Assembly (NCBI GenBank): GCA_050273025.1
Contig: CP158635.1
Location: 7,192,001-7,256,000, forward strand
Length of the DNA: 64,000 nt
Direction: 5' to 3'
Origin: Cenococcum geophilum
Lineage: Eukaryota
In this document: one piece after another, positions 39,849 through 51,192 of the stretch
Layout: each line of letters starts with the position of its first letter
Position numbering within the stretch: the first letter of the stretch is position 1
Notes under the pieces: generated by a model
Databases searched by the model: none
What the model was told of the DNA's origin: nothing
The model's input: the letters and a program-made list of their open reading frames with translations, nothing else
Translations under genes and position numbers: made by a program

Positions 39849-40060
39849 TATTAGACTTAGTTAGTTAAGGCATAAGTACCGCAAAAGGTTAGGCGCAAGC
39901 CTATATAATTAGTAGTTTATTAATAAGGATCTAAAGCTAAAGAAAGGAAAGGAAAAGATAAGTAGCGCCGCTTAAAGTTATATATAATTTTCTAGTCACG
40001 TAACTAAAACCGTCTGCTAAGTTCTGCCGCAATCTGCCGTTTTCTACCAGCGCCGTAATA
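39849..40060. mobile_element. Solo LTR
   Basis: Similar to 19344-19629; flanked by ctagg and ctaag. Confidence 0.8.
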
Positions 40061-40065
40061 CTAAG

Positions 40066-43000
40066 TGTTACGGCACTAGTAGAAAACGGCAGAACTTAGT
40101 GGCAGAACTTGGTAGAACTTCGCGGTTACGTAACTAGAGGACCGTATAAAAGAACCCTACGTCGACCGGCGCTACTCTTCTCCTCCTTTTCTTTCCCTAG
40201 CTTTAGATTCTAGTTTATAGACAACCTAATCATATAGACTTACGCGATCCCCTTTCTATGCTAATGTCTTGATTAACTAAGTCGCTGTCATAGGACGTGG
40301 GGCAGTGGCTACAAAGCGTATGTATTCGAGGAGTCTATAAGACGTTGCGCGATCGATCGTAAGGGTCGAGGGCGTAAGGAGGTGATATACCTACGCGTAG
40401 CTGACATAAGCTATACGTAAGGTGTATGTGAGAGCACGGGGCTCTCCTATAGAGGCCCCTGCGGTGGGGTTCCGTGATATTACCCCCCCTTTTATAGAGG
40501 CGGAGCTCCGGCGACGCTGTGGTTACTATATATATGTAGAAGAGACACTTAAGGTATAGAAAAGAAGAAAAGGGGGGTATTACTAAAGGCTTAAAATAAC
40601 GTTATGTGATAGGGCTTGGCATCTAAGAATCCGACTAATTAGATAACTTTAACCGCCGGTTGAAGTTCCTGGACATTTTAATAATATTCCGGTTACGTGA
40701 TTGCACTTTACTATAATTTGACGGCAATCTAATGGCAATTTACCCTTACATGGTAATGTATAACGGTTTAACTCTATAAGGGCTCCTATAGAGGATTAGG
40801 TATAAAGTTTCTGCTTAGGCCCGGTTTCTATAGGTTTGCGTAGTAAAAGTCGCTAATTAGATCCTTTGCATTTTTAAAGTCTTCCTATAGTTGCTATTCT
40901 GGCTAATCTATGTTGAATCCTATATATATAGCTCTGTAGTAGAGCCGTCGTCCTCTGCCTTTGCCAAAGTATTTAGAGTTAATAATTCGTTTAACGGTCC
41001 ACTCCTTATGGTTCTCGTCTTTGTTCTTATCTCGGATTAGTACTAGTAGGGGTTTAGGCTGTATCTGCCCTAATAAGGGGTTGGGCTAATAGAGGTATAG
41101 TAGCTATGGGTAAAATACGGGCTATATCCCGCGGGTGGCTAGGGTAGGCGGGAGTTCTAGCTTATATGCGGCTCCCCTGTTAATAACTCGTTTAATTAGA
41201 TAGGGGCTAAGGTTTTTATAATTAAGTGACTTTATAGGCCTCTATGTAGAGATATTATGTGTATCTAGCTATACCTAGTCGCCAACACATATCTCCGGTG
41301 GTGGCGTTCTATAATAGTTAGCGAAGTAGGCCTGCTTTGCTTAAGCCCAGGCCATTTCTCCCTTACAGTAGTTAAGTAGATTTTTTATATAGTCTGTATA
41401 CTGGTCGGTAAGTAGTATTTTAAGGCGTTTTATATATAGTAGTTTCTTATTAATAGGTTCTGGTGGCTCTATACCAGATTAGGGGTAATAACCCTTATTC
41501 GCGAAGAACGGGGTAAGTCCTGTAGTGGTTAAGACGTAGTTATTTACTGCGAATTTACCTAGTAGGAGGTGATTTACCTAGTTATCTTGACTATAGGCGA
41601 CTACCTATTATAGGTATGCTTTTATACTGGCATTAGCATTTTCCGATTACCCAGTAGTTTTATAGTAAAAGGATGTAAATATCTTAACGGAGATGCCAAG
41701 GCGTTGGCAAATTTGTCTCTATACATTAGAGTTAAATTATATGCCTTAGTCGGACGTAATTAAGTTCGGTAGCCTATATAGTTAGTAAACTTTGCGAAGG
41801 AAGGCGTTAGTAATATTGCTGACGGCTACGCCTTTGGTTAGGACGTAGTGGCGCTCTTTTATAAGTCGGTATATTATTATAAGGATGTTCTTATAGGTAC
41901 GGCCATATCGTTTATAGGGTAGTAGGTTAATAACGAAATCTATAGCGATATCTGCCTATTGTTGTATAGGTACTAGTAGAGGGTATAGTAGTCCTTGGTA
42001 CTTTGTATTAAAGGCCTTAGCGCGCTTATAACCGTAGTAGGCGCCTATAAAGCGTTTAACTAAGTCTATTATTTTTGGCTAGAAGTAGTATCGGCTAAGA
42101 AGCTCGTAGGTTCCTTCTTTACCTAGGTGGCCGCTTAATTAGAGGTTGTGGGCCATTTGGATTAGTTGCCGTTATAGATTTTCTAAGTTAGGGATAAATA
42201 GGTGGCCTTTATAATAGAGCCTGTTCTCTTTTACTTCTAAGGCTGCTATATTAATTTGGCCTAAGCTTTAGAGGTTATTAGGCAGCGTATAGGCGCTGGC
42301 GGTCTTTACGGCAATAAGTTAATATAGTAATAGGTTGACAGAGGCGTTATATGCCGTAGTAATAAGCTCGTTAATTTTGGGAGGTAACTCTAGTTCTATA
42401 GTATAAAGCTGGGGTATAGTTGGCTCTATTATAGGTAGTATGCCTAGGGCCAAATTTTGTACTTTTAGGATTGTCTGTTGTTGGAACTGATTATAGGGGT
42501 TATCTTTGGACTAAGGAAGGTTTTGCGAGCGGCGTATTAGGTTATTAGGTTTAGTACCTTATACTTCTAGTCTATATATAATTTTAAAGTTAAAACTAGA
42601 GAGGAACTTATTCTAACGTGCTTAGCGTTAGTTTAGCTACTTTGTGGTTATAAAGTACTTAAGATTATAATGGTCTGTAAGGACTTTAGTTGGCTAGTTA
42701 GGCTCTGCTAAGGAGAGTTCTAGTTAGAATTCTTTAAACACTTATATAATTGCAAGGAGTTCTTTATTATAGATCTCGTAGTTATACTCTTATAGTATAA
42801 GCTTAGATGAGTAAAATGCGACTAGGTAAAGGAGACCGTTATTACCTATTTAGGAGAGGACGCCTGCGTTAACGTGGTCTAAGGAGTTGGTTTTAAGGTA
42901 GAGTTATCGTCCTGGTATAAAGTAAGCTAGGATAGGTGCTTTAGTAAAGGCATTTTTAAGGTCTTAGAACGCCTTCTCGCATTTAAGCGTTTAGGTAAAG

Positions 43001-46000
43001 TGTAGGTACGTTTTTCTTCCTTTTATAGAAAGGCCCTTCGTTCGCATTATTGCTGTAAGTAGTGCTACTACGCCTAAGAAGTTGTATATAAATTTTTAAT
43101 AGAAGTTGGCGAAACTAAGGAAGGCTTATACGTCCTTAATGCAGTTAGGGGCTTACTATTTGGTAATTATACGTACCTTCTTGGGGTCTATATAGATACC
43201 CTTAATAATAATAATTAGTCTAAGGTATTTTACTTCTATAACTAAGAATTTGTATTTCTTTAAATTAATATAAAGTCCTACGTCCCTAAGGCGCTGTAGG
43301 ACCTTTTAAATATGTTTAGTATACTTAAAGGGGTTATTACTATAAATAAGTATATCGTCCAGGTACGTAGAGCAGAAGTTATTAAGGTAGTCCTATAAGG
43401 CGTTATTAATATAGCTTTAGAAGGTACCTGGGCCGTTATATACGCTAAAGGGTATAACGGTATATTTAAATTAGCCGAAGCGCGATGCGAATGCGGTTTT
43501 CCATTTATTACCTTCCCGTATTTAGAGATAGTTAAAGGCGGCGATGATATTGAGCTTAGTATAGATTTTAGCTTAACTAAGCCGCTTAAGGGTCTTACGT
43601 ATAAGCGGTACTGGGTATTAGTTTTTAATCGTAATAGCGTTAAATCCTCTATAGTTAACGCAGAATTAAATACCTCCTTTTGGCTTCTTAGTAAGAAGGA
43701 TAGGGGTAGCTACTAGTAATATGCTGGGACGAATAAATCCTTTGTTAAGGTGCTCGTCGATATACTTTTTTATAATTAAAAGCTCGTCTTTTAATATTAG
43801 GTAGGGTCTCTTATAAGGTAGCATTTTTCCTTATTTAATGTTAATAGTATAGTCATTATATTGATATAGGGGGAGTGTATTTACGCTCTTTTATAAGCAT
43901 ATATTAGTAAAGTTATAGTACCTTTTAGGGAGGAGCTTACGGAGTTCTTTGTTGGTAAGTCCTTTTTTAAGCTTTATAAACTTCTTAAAGTCTAAAGGTG
44001 AAAGTCCATAGAGTTCTATAGGGGCGTTGTCTTTTAAAAGGTTGACTATGTCTATCCTATTGCTATAGAGGACATGGTCCTGTTCTTTATTAAGCTTATA
44101 TAGTTATAATTAGGAAGCTATAGTAACGGTCTAGCCTTTCTTATATGCTATATAGTAGAAGGCCGGGGCACTTATATAGTGGTAGTTAGTTATAGGTAGG
44201 GTAATAAGGGGTTCCTTAGGTTAATATCCTGGGGAGTAAATAGAGGCGGCTAGGCTATGCCCTAGGCAAGTCTCTCTGCAGTATTTAGAGTTAAAGGTTA
44301 CTTCTCTCTTCTTCTAGTTAATAGTAGGGTTGTATTATTTAAGCTAGTTTATTTTAAGGATAATAGGGTAGTTAGCAAGTAGTATTATATAGGCCTAAAG
44401 TTCTTTCTAGTGCCTATTTATATTTAGGTGGAGTTATACTATATAGGTAATCTTCTATACGGTATAATTACTGTTAGTAAGTTATAGGGCGCGGGCTTTA
44501 GTAAGGGGTAAAGTAGGTAGGTTATAAGTACGCACGAATTAGGTATTTATAAATTTATTAGTAGCTTTATAATTAATTATAGAACGGCTTTTATATTATT
44601 TTTTGGCAGTAGTTCCTATTATAGGTAAAACTATTTATTTCCGTCTATTTATCTTTATAAAGTTATCTATTAAGCAAGCTAATATATAGATCCCTCTATT
44701 ATTAGGGCGTCCTAACCTATAACTTAGGGTTAGAACTTGGCGTTTTCCATTTCCGTATCTAACTCTACTGTTATTACTATGTCTTTGTCTTATACGGTAG
44801 TAGCGCGTAGCGACGTATTTAGTGTTTAGGGTATTAGGTTAGGTATTAGGCGGCGGCTACTAAACCTAGCTATTAGGCAGTTTAGGTTATTGCAATAACA
44901 GCCTTCTTAATAGTATTTATAGCAGCGTCCTAGTTTTTAGAGTAGCTCGCGCTCTCTATTTAGGAGTTTCTGTGGGAAGGTTAGTATAGAGAAATCGATA
45001 TTAGTTCTAGTAGTACTTAAGGTAGTAGGCATTAGTGGCTTAGTATGTATAGGTTTAGTAGGCCCAGGGGGCTTCTATAAAGAGGTCTTTAGGTAAAAAT
45101 TAGTAGTAGTAATCTAATTTAGTTGTTATTTAATCTTCTGTAGAGCTGCTACTATATTATAAACATTATTATAGTTATAGCTGGCGGCTGCGTAACTAAG
45201 GCGATAAGTAACTTTTTTAAGGAGGTCCTTTTAGTCTTTAGTATTATCTTAGGCGAGGGCTCTAGTATATTCCTAGAATTTAATATAGAATTCGTTAAAT
45301 AATTTGGTAGTGCTTATCTTTAGGGCACGTAGTTTAGCTCGGTTAGTGGCTAGTAGGTCGTAGTCGCGGTATATTAGGTTAAGATTATTAAGGACTTCTT
45401 AGTGGAACTGCCACTTCTAGGGGCTACTAGTCTCCTATTAGGCGAAGAGTCTGTTAAATAGTGTACCCTTTATTCGCCCGATAATATAGCCGATCTTAGT
45501 GTCTTCCGTAGGAAAAAGGTAGGCGCTCTAAGTTAGTTTCTCGCGGATTTATATCTTCTAGTGGCTATATTCCTTGTGGTCTCCCTAGAAGACTAGGGGA
45601 TTAGGGTAGCGTATATTAGACCCTGCGGTGGCAGTTTGGGTCCGATTATTATAGCTTTTATTATTACTGCTTTAGTAGGGGTTCCTATTAGGTAAAGCTA
45701 CTTAGCGCTAGCCCTTTATTAAGCGTTAAGTAGGTAAAGTTGCTAGGGGCGTAGAGACTTGGGTGGCGTTATATATAGTAGAGAGGTGTCTAGCGTTATT
45801 ACGAATATGCTTATTAAGCTAAGATTATAAGTATTTAATTATGCCTTCTCTTTTAGTGACTGTAGCAATTAGTGCAATCTTAGCCTTCTTTAACTGTTAG
45901 ACTTCGCGTTTAGATACGCGGAGGTTATCTTTAGTTTCTTAATGTATATTATTGGCGAGCGCCTTATAAGCTTATAGGTCTTAGATAATATCGCGATCTT

Positions 46001-46660
46001 AGGTAGTATGCATCTTAGCTTATATAAGCTTTAGGTAATAGTTCTATAGAAGGCGGTAGTATTTATTAGGGTCTCGTGCTACCATTTTTATAAACATCTC
46101 AGCGTCTTATATTTTAATTTTAATGGGTAGTAGCCCTTCCGTTTGCTTGTCCGTGGTTATATAGTTAATAAAAGATAAGATATTATTAGTGTCCGTCTCC
46201 TTAGGGGTTAAGGCTAGGGCTAATAAATTGAATTCTCCTGGAATTGATTGGCGTTGTAGGTTAGGTGTAGGTATTGGATTGTTCTTTAGGTTTAATATAG
46301 TAGCTAGTAAGGGATATTATCTTACTATTATAGGTTCCTTAAAAGTATAAAGTGAGGTAATTTATAGATACGCTGCTTTTAGCAGCGCCTGCAGTATTAT
46401 AAAGATATAGAATTAGTTATAGGCTAAGCGTCGGTAGTAAAAAAGGCGCAACGTAATGTTATGGGACGTGGGGTAGTGGCTATAAAGCGTATGTATTCGA
46501 GGAGTCTACAAGACGTTGCGCGATCGATCGTAAGGGTCAAGGGCGTAAGGAGGTGATATACCTACGCGTAGCTGACATAAGCTGTACGCGAGGTATACGC
46601 GAGAGCACGGGGCTCTCCTATAGAGGCCCCTGCGGTAGGGTTCCGTGACAGTCGCTAACA
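40066..46660. mobile_element. Solo LTR in opposite orientation (40066-40285 plus 46656-46660), split by element D
   Basis: tgttacggcac...aagtcgc[D]gtcgctaaca; TSD ctaag at 40061-40065 and 46661-46665. Confidence 0.85.
40286..46650 (-). mobile_element. Ty3/gypsy chromovirus D, full length, RIPed
   Basis: 194-bp LTRs at 40286-40479 and 46457-46650. TSD gtcgc. PPT at ~40483-40494. Intact YLDD codons at ~43355-43366. RNase H, integrase and chromodomain (~40830-41000) on the minus strand. Confidence 0.95.
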
Positions 46661-46908
46661 CTAAGTAAGATAATTTTTAATACGTTTTTTTAATTTTAAT
46701 ATAAAGCAAGTATGCTTTAAAAATAGCTCCTAAGAATTTTAAAAAAAAATTTAATAGGATAAATTTTTATTAAAGATTTTTAGTCTTTTTAATTTAGTGT
46801 AAAGATTATAGTATATTAAGTAGATCCTTATCACTAATAAAATAGGTTTTTTTAATTTTTTTTTAATTATAGTAAAATCTTACTTAGCTTAACGTTAGCT
46901 TAACTCTA

Positions 46909-47801
46909 TAGGTAAAACTCCTTAGTACAATACTGGGTATATAACGATACTATTAGTATTACGATCTACACGCCCTAATTAAGCCTTTTTTGGTGTAATT
47001 AACGATAATCTAACTTTTGACGATATTGTTAGGTGCCTCTACTAAAATCGGTATAACCAGTTTTAATTTATTAGATTTGGCCTTACCTTACCACAAGTTT
47101 AGCTATTAACTTTCATTAAAATCTGTTAAATTAAACCTTAGATCTTACTCTGTATACTTAATTATAAGTAGTCTTGAAATTTTAAGAGGCTACGTCGTTA
47201 TAGATTCTCTAACTTTGAACGCTAGAAAATACACGCCCACTACTAAAAACACTCCAGTCTACTACAATTGGAAGTTGCTTGCCTAGCAGCAACTTCCTCT
47301 TTTGAAAAATTAATTAATCCTCGATATTAGAAATACTAAGCAATAAATTTAAGCAGCTTAATCTAGCTAAATTGCCTCGCGGGAAAGGCTTACGAGAGTA
47401 CGTAGTAGAGCTCTACGCTGGACCTAATCGCGATGCGGAAATAGATAAGGAGGACGCCCAATAACCTTAAATTAAGCTCAATGAGGCGCTAGAGGCCTTA
47501 CGAACCCTTTAACTGTATAAGGAATAGCAGGAATCTGGTGATAGAGAGGTTATTATAACTCTGTTAAGGCATAATCATCGAATTTAAGACCGACGGCTTT
47601 AAAACACCAAGCAAGTGGCGATTATCTCTTTCTTTGGTAGAGCTAGTCGCCCAATTACGGCTTCGCGCATGTAGATACACAATATATACTATAATTTGGA
47701 TTTTTGGTGTATTTTACACACAAAACCTAAATACAACGATACCATTAGTATTACGATACTCTCGGCTGCAGAAGCCATATCGTACTAAGGAGTTTTGCTT
47801 G
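46909..47801 (+). mobile_element. Internally deleted pogo/CENP-B-type Tc1-mariner DNA transposon
   Basis: 24-bp TIRs (taggtaaaactccttagtacaata / tatcgtactaaggagttttgcttg), TA at both ends, subterminal direct repeats (acgatac.attagtattacgat). Transposase-like C-terminal remnant (DAETDEED..IKLNEALEALRTL.LYEEQQE); no DDE core. Confidence 0.82.
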
Positions 47802-48039
47802 TACTTAGCTTTGCACTACTACTACTTATACTACAATTAGCCCTAATTATACTTTGCTTAGGCTTAGCAATAATTAAAATCTTAGTGCCTTAGGCCGCTT
47901 ATACTTCGCTTATACTTCGCTTATGCTTTACTCCGCTTTAGTACGGGTCCTAATTCTAGTCCCCTTAACTACTTACTCTCTTCTACCTAAACAACGGTAA
48001 CTTTACGCGAGCATATATAATTATATCCTTTAAAGGATC

Positions 48040-48205
48040 TAACTTTAAGACCTACCTCCTTTTTAGTTTCCTATTTGTACTAATATACTTTAGCAGTTTA
48101 TATTAAAGTTTTTAGGGGTTACTATCCCTCTTACTACGCTTACTAAGAAGAAAGAGAAGAAGAAGGACTTTATTCTTACTAAAGAAGTAAAAGACGCTTT
48201 TAAGA
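48040..48205 (+). mobile_element. Degenerate Ty3 pol fragment (RT-RNase H connection)
   Basis: Reads approximately ..F.GV..PLTTLTKK..DF.LTKE.KDAF. Confidence 0.5.
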
Positions 48206-49915
48206 TCTAAGATTTACTATAAAGAAGAGAAACTATTTATAGAGACCGTATGTCCTTAAATATATAACTTCTCCCTATAGTAAAGGTTCAGTACGTTAGA
48301 ACGTTAGTATATTAATATATTACGTTCCTACGTTCCTACGTTTTTATGTTTTAAACTTATAACGTAACTTGCCATATAACTTAGCTACCCCTTATTCTAT
48401 AGCTTAATTAGTTCTAGTATCTCCTATATTATCTTAACTAACCTATTTATATCTCTTTTTAGTAGTCGCACTACTGCCAATATAAGGTCCATAACACTAT
48501 CCCCCTTCTCTTTATCTTTATCCTTAAAAATATCTCCTATCTCTAAGTCGTCTATTATAGGTATAGTATTCCTATTTTTAATTTAATAACCTTTATTATT
48601 TCTAATGCCTCCTATTAGATCTTTTGCATCTAACTATTATAACTAGCTAGTAATATTTATTCTTTCCCTTAGTAAAGTTATACTGTCTTATTCTTATTAC
48701 GCGGAGAAGAAGTTAATATATATTACAATTATAGCTCTATCTAGTTACTAACCTTCTTTCTATACTAAATATACGCGGGCGAACATGCGGTTGTCTTATA
48801 ATGTTTAATCTATCTCTAACGCTAAGTATATACGTCTTATTATTCTTTATAACTGTTTAGTTTCTTATCTAATTTATTATAGGGTCGCGCGTATTAATAG
48901 CGGCTAAAAAACTAGAGAGTAAGCTGGCTAAGGCCCTTGCTAAAGTTTAGCGTTATTCTAATAAGGTGTCTTAGGCTCTAAAAGCTTAACTAGATGCTTA
49001 TGCTCGCCTAGGCCGTCTAGTAAAAGTGCGTAAAAAGGTACGCTTAAAGAAGTTGCGTTTAGTAGAGTAGGGTCTATTTAAATTTAAGGCTAAGGAGGCT
49101 AGAAAGGGTTTTAGTTAAGAAAAGGTCGAAACAACTAATATACCAATAGTAGATCCTTTAGATAATTTAGCTTATTTATTACCTTTAACTAATCCTTTTA
49201 TCTTTAGCTCCTTCTTAATATTACCTAACCCGTTTTCTTTTAATACTCCTATATCTTTTTTATAGCGTTTTTTTAAATTTTATAGTAGTTTCTAGGTAGT
49301 CTTATTATAGCCTATCCACTTAACCTTATACTATATTTTATTATTAATATCCTTATAACTTATAATTTTTAAAACTTACTATTTGTCTTCTTTTTACCCT
49401 CTATATATATCTACTTTATAAACTAGTAGCTTAATATTCCTGTATACTGGCTCTAGTATTACAATATGCTATATAAGGTAAATCTTTATTCTAGCTAGTA
49501 GGTTTAATTTAAATATAACTAGTAAAATCCTTTATATAATTTAAAAGGTCCTAGTCTAATATAGTCTAACTTCTTACTTAATTGTTAACTCTTAAAATTT
49601 TTATATAGTAGCCATATTTTGCCCCCCTCTTTAAGATCTAGTCCCTTAGATCTCTTAGCGTTATAGTACCTTTATATTTTTTCTTATACCTTTTTTGCTA
49701 ATTCTATAAGGTCTATATAAAGATTTATTAGTATTTTTAATTCTTCTTTAGCTATACTACTCATTTTCTTTACTTATTATAGTAATAGCGATATCCTTAG
49801 CTTATATCTGTAATTTGCTTTAAATAGTAATATGCCTATTTTTTCTTATAGTGTTGCATTATATATAAACCATATAACTAGTAATAACAATACCTAATTA
49901 TTCTGTGCATAATTA

Positions 49916-51192
49916 TTATTATTATTGATTCTTGTTTAACGTCTAATGCGGTCCCAATTAAGGTCCATGCAGACTACTGCCGTGATATAGATACAAAAAC
50001 CTCCAAGGCGAACGTGAGTGGTAATACAGAGTGTACCCCTCCAGGTAGCACGCCCGTACTACATCAACGGGAGGAAAAATACCTTTTAGGTCGCTGCTCT
50101 GAGACCCCCGTACGGGGGTGTCCTAATTACCTATCTTGCCCTGTCTGCCGCTCGTACCATGCTTCCTGATATTAAGTTAAATTGCCGCATAATTTTGTGT
50201 GCCTGCCCCTTGCTCCCTTAATTGCCCTATATATATATATGTGTATACGCCTAGGTCCTTCTGCTTGCAGCATAATTTCCACCCTAAAGGAGCCAGCGGG
50301 ACGAATGTAACTAGGTGTCTTATCCTAGGGCCCCAACCTAGGTCCCCTACATCCTTATTCTCCTGCATCTTAGCTAGGTTTTAAGACGTAGAGGGAGACA
50401 AAATACCGCGTGGGTAAGTCCAGGCTGTCGGGTAAGGTGGGGAATGAGAGGCTTATCACAGACTTCCCGAGGCGTATGCGTTCGGCCGCCGTGCCGTATG
50501 CGTTCGGCAACTGTATGCGTTTGGTCCGTATGCGTTCGGTCATGCACCGTTGCGCTTGGTCGCAGCCGTATGCGTTCGGTCCGTATGCGTTCGGTCGCCG
50601 TATGCGTTCGGCTACAGCGCCGTACGTATTTGGTCGCCGTGCTATGTAGGTTTTGCCGTATATATAGTTGTATGCCGTACGGGAGGGAGTAAAGGGGGGA
50701 CGCCGTTTTAAAAGCCGTGCTTTAGGTGTACCAGAACTTATACGAAGACGTAGTAGTACTCGTAGGCCTCTACTGGGGCTTACCCTCCCAGCAGAAGCTT
50801 CTTCGCACTACCACGTCGCAGCGCCGGCGCTGCGCAGCCGTACGCACGTCTCTGCGTTTGCTCTAGTAGTCTATTAGCACGATCCAGATAGGACGCCAAT
50901 AGCTGCATACTAGGTTCCCGGGCTCCACCGCGTGGAGGTACAGAGGCCGATTTTATGGAGTCGTCTTCTTAACTGTTATATGGGTCTTGGCGCCAAGACC
51001 CGTGAAAACTCTGCTGTTCTGACGGCGTTAAGGGTTGAGTATTCGAAGGCGCCCTCTAGCCACGACGTAACGCCGCTGCATCAGTAACAGACGAGATCCT
51101 CACTCTTAGCTTGACCGTGCGGACAAGATGAGACGGAAAGGAACCCCCATAGGAAAGTATGGGTCGGATCTCGATTTTGGTGTTCCTTTTTC
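49916..51192 (-). mobile_element. 1.3-kb non-coding SINE-like / non-autonomous non-LTR insertion in the integrase of G
   Basis: 14-bp TSD tctgtgcataatta at 49902-49915 and 51193-51206. (AAT)n tail on the minus strand. 3' end resembles the LINE end at ~18954-19013. Confidence 0.85.
50470..50670. repeat. Degenerate tandem repeat with core ccgtatgcgttcgg
   Basis: About 9-10 visible cores inside the SINE-like element. Confidence 0.88.

Noticed and set aside
50177..50877. Cluster of short ORFs in the supplied track
   Set aside because: They overlap on both strands and arise from GC-rich minisatellite sequence; no recognisable domain.
51030..51090. Pol III A/B boxes or hammerhead core in the SINE-like element (minus-strand tggctagaggg, ttcgaatac, ctgatg)
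   Set aside because: The putative boxes are only a few bases apart, and ctgatgc lacks the CUGANGA core.
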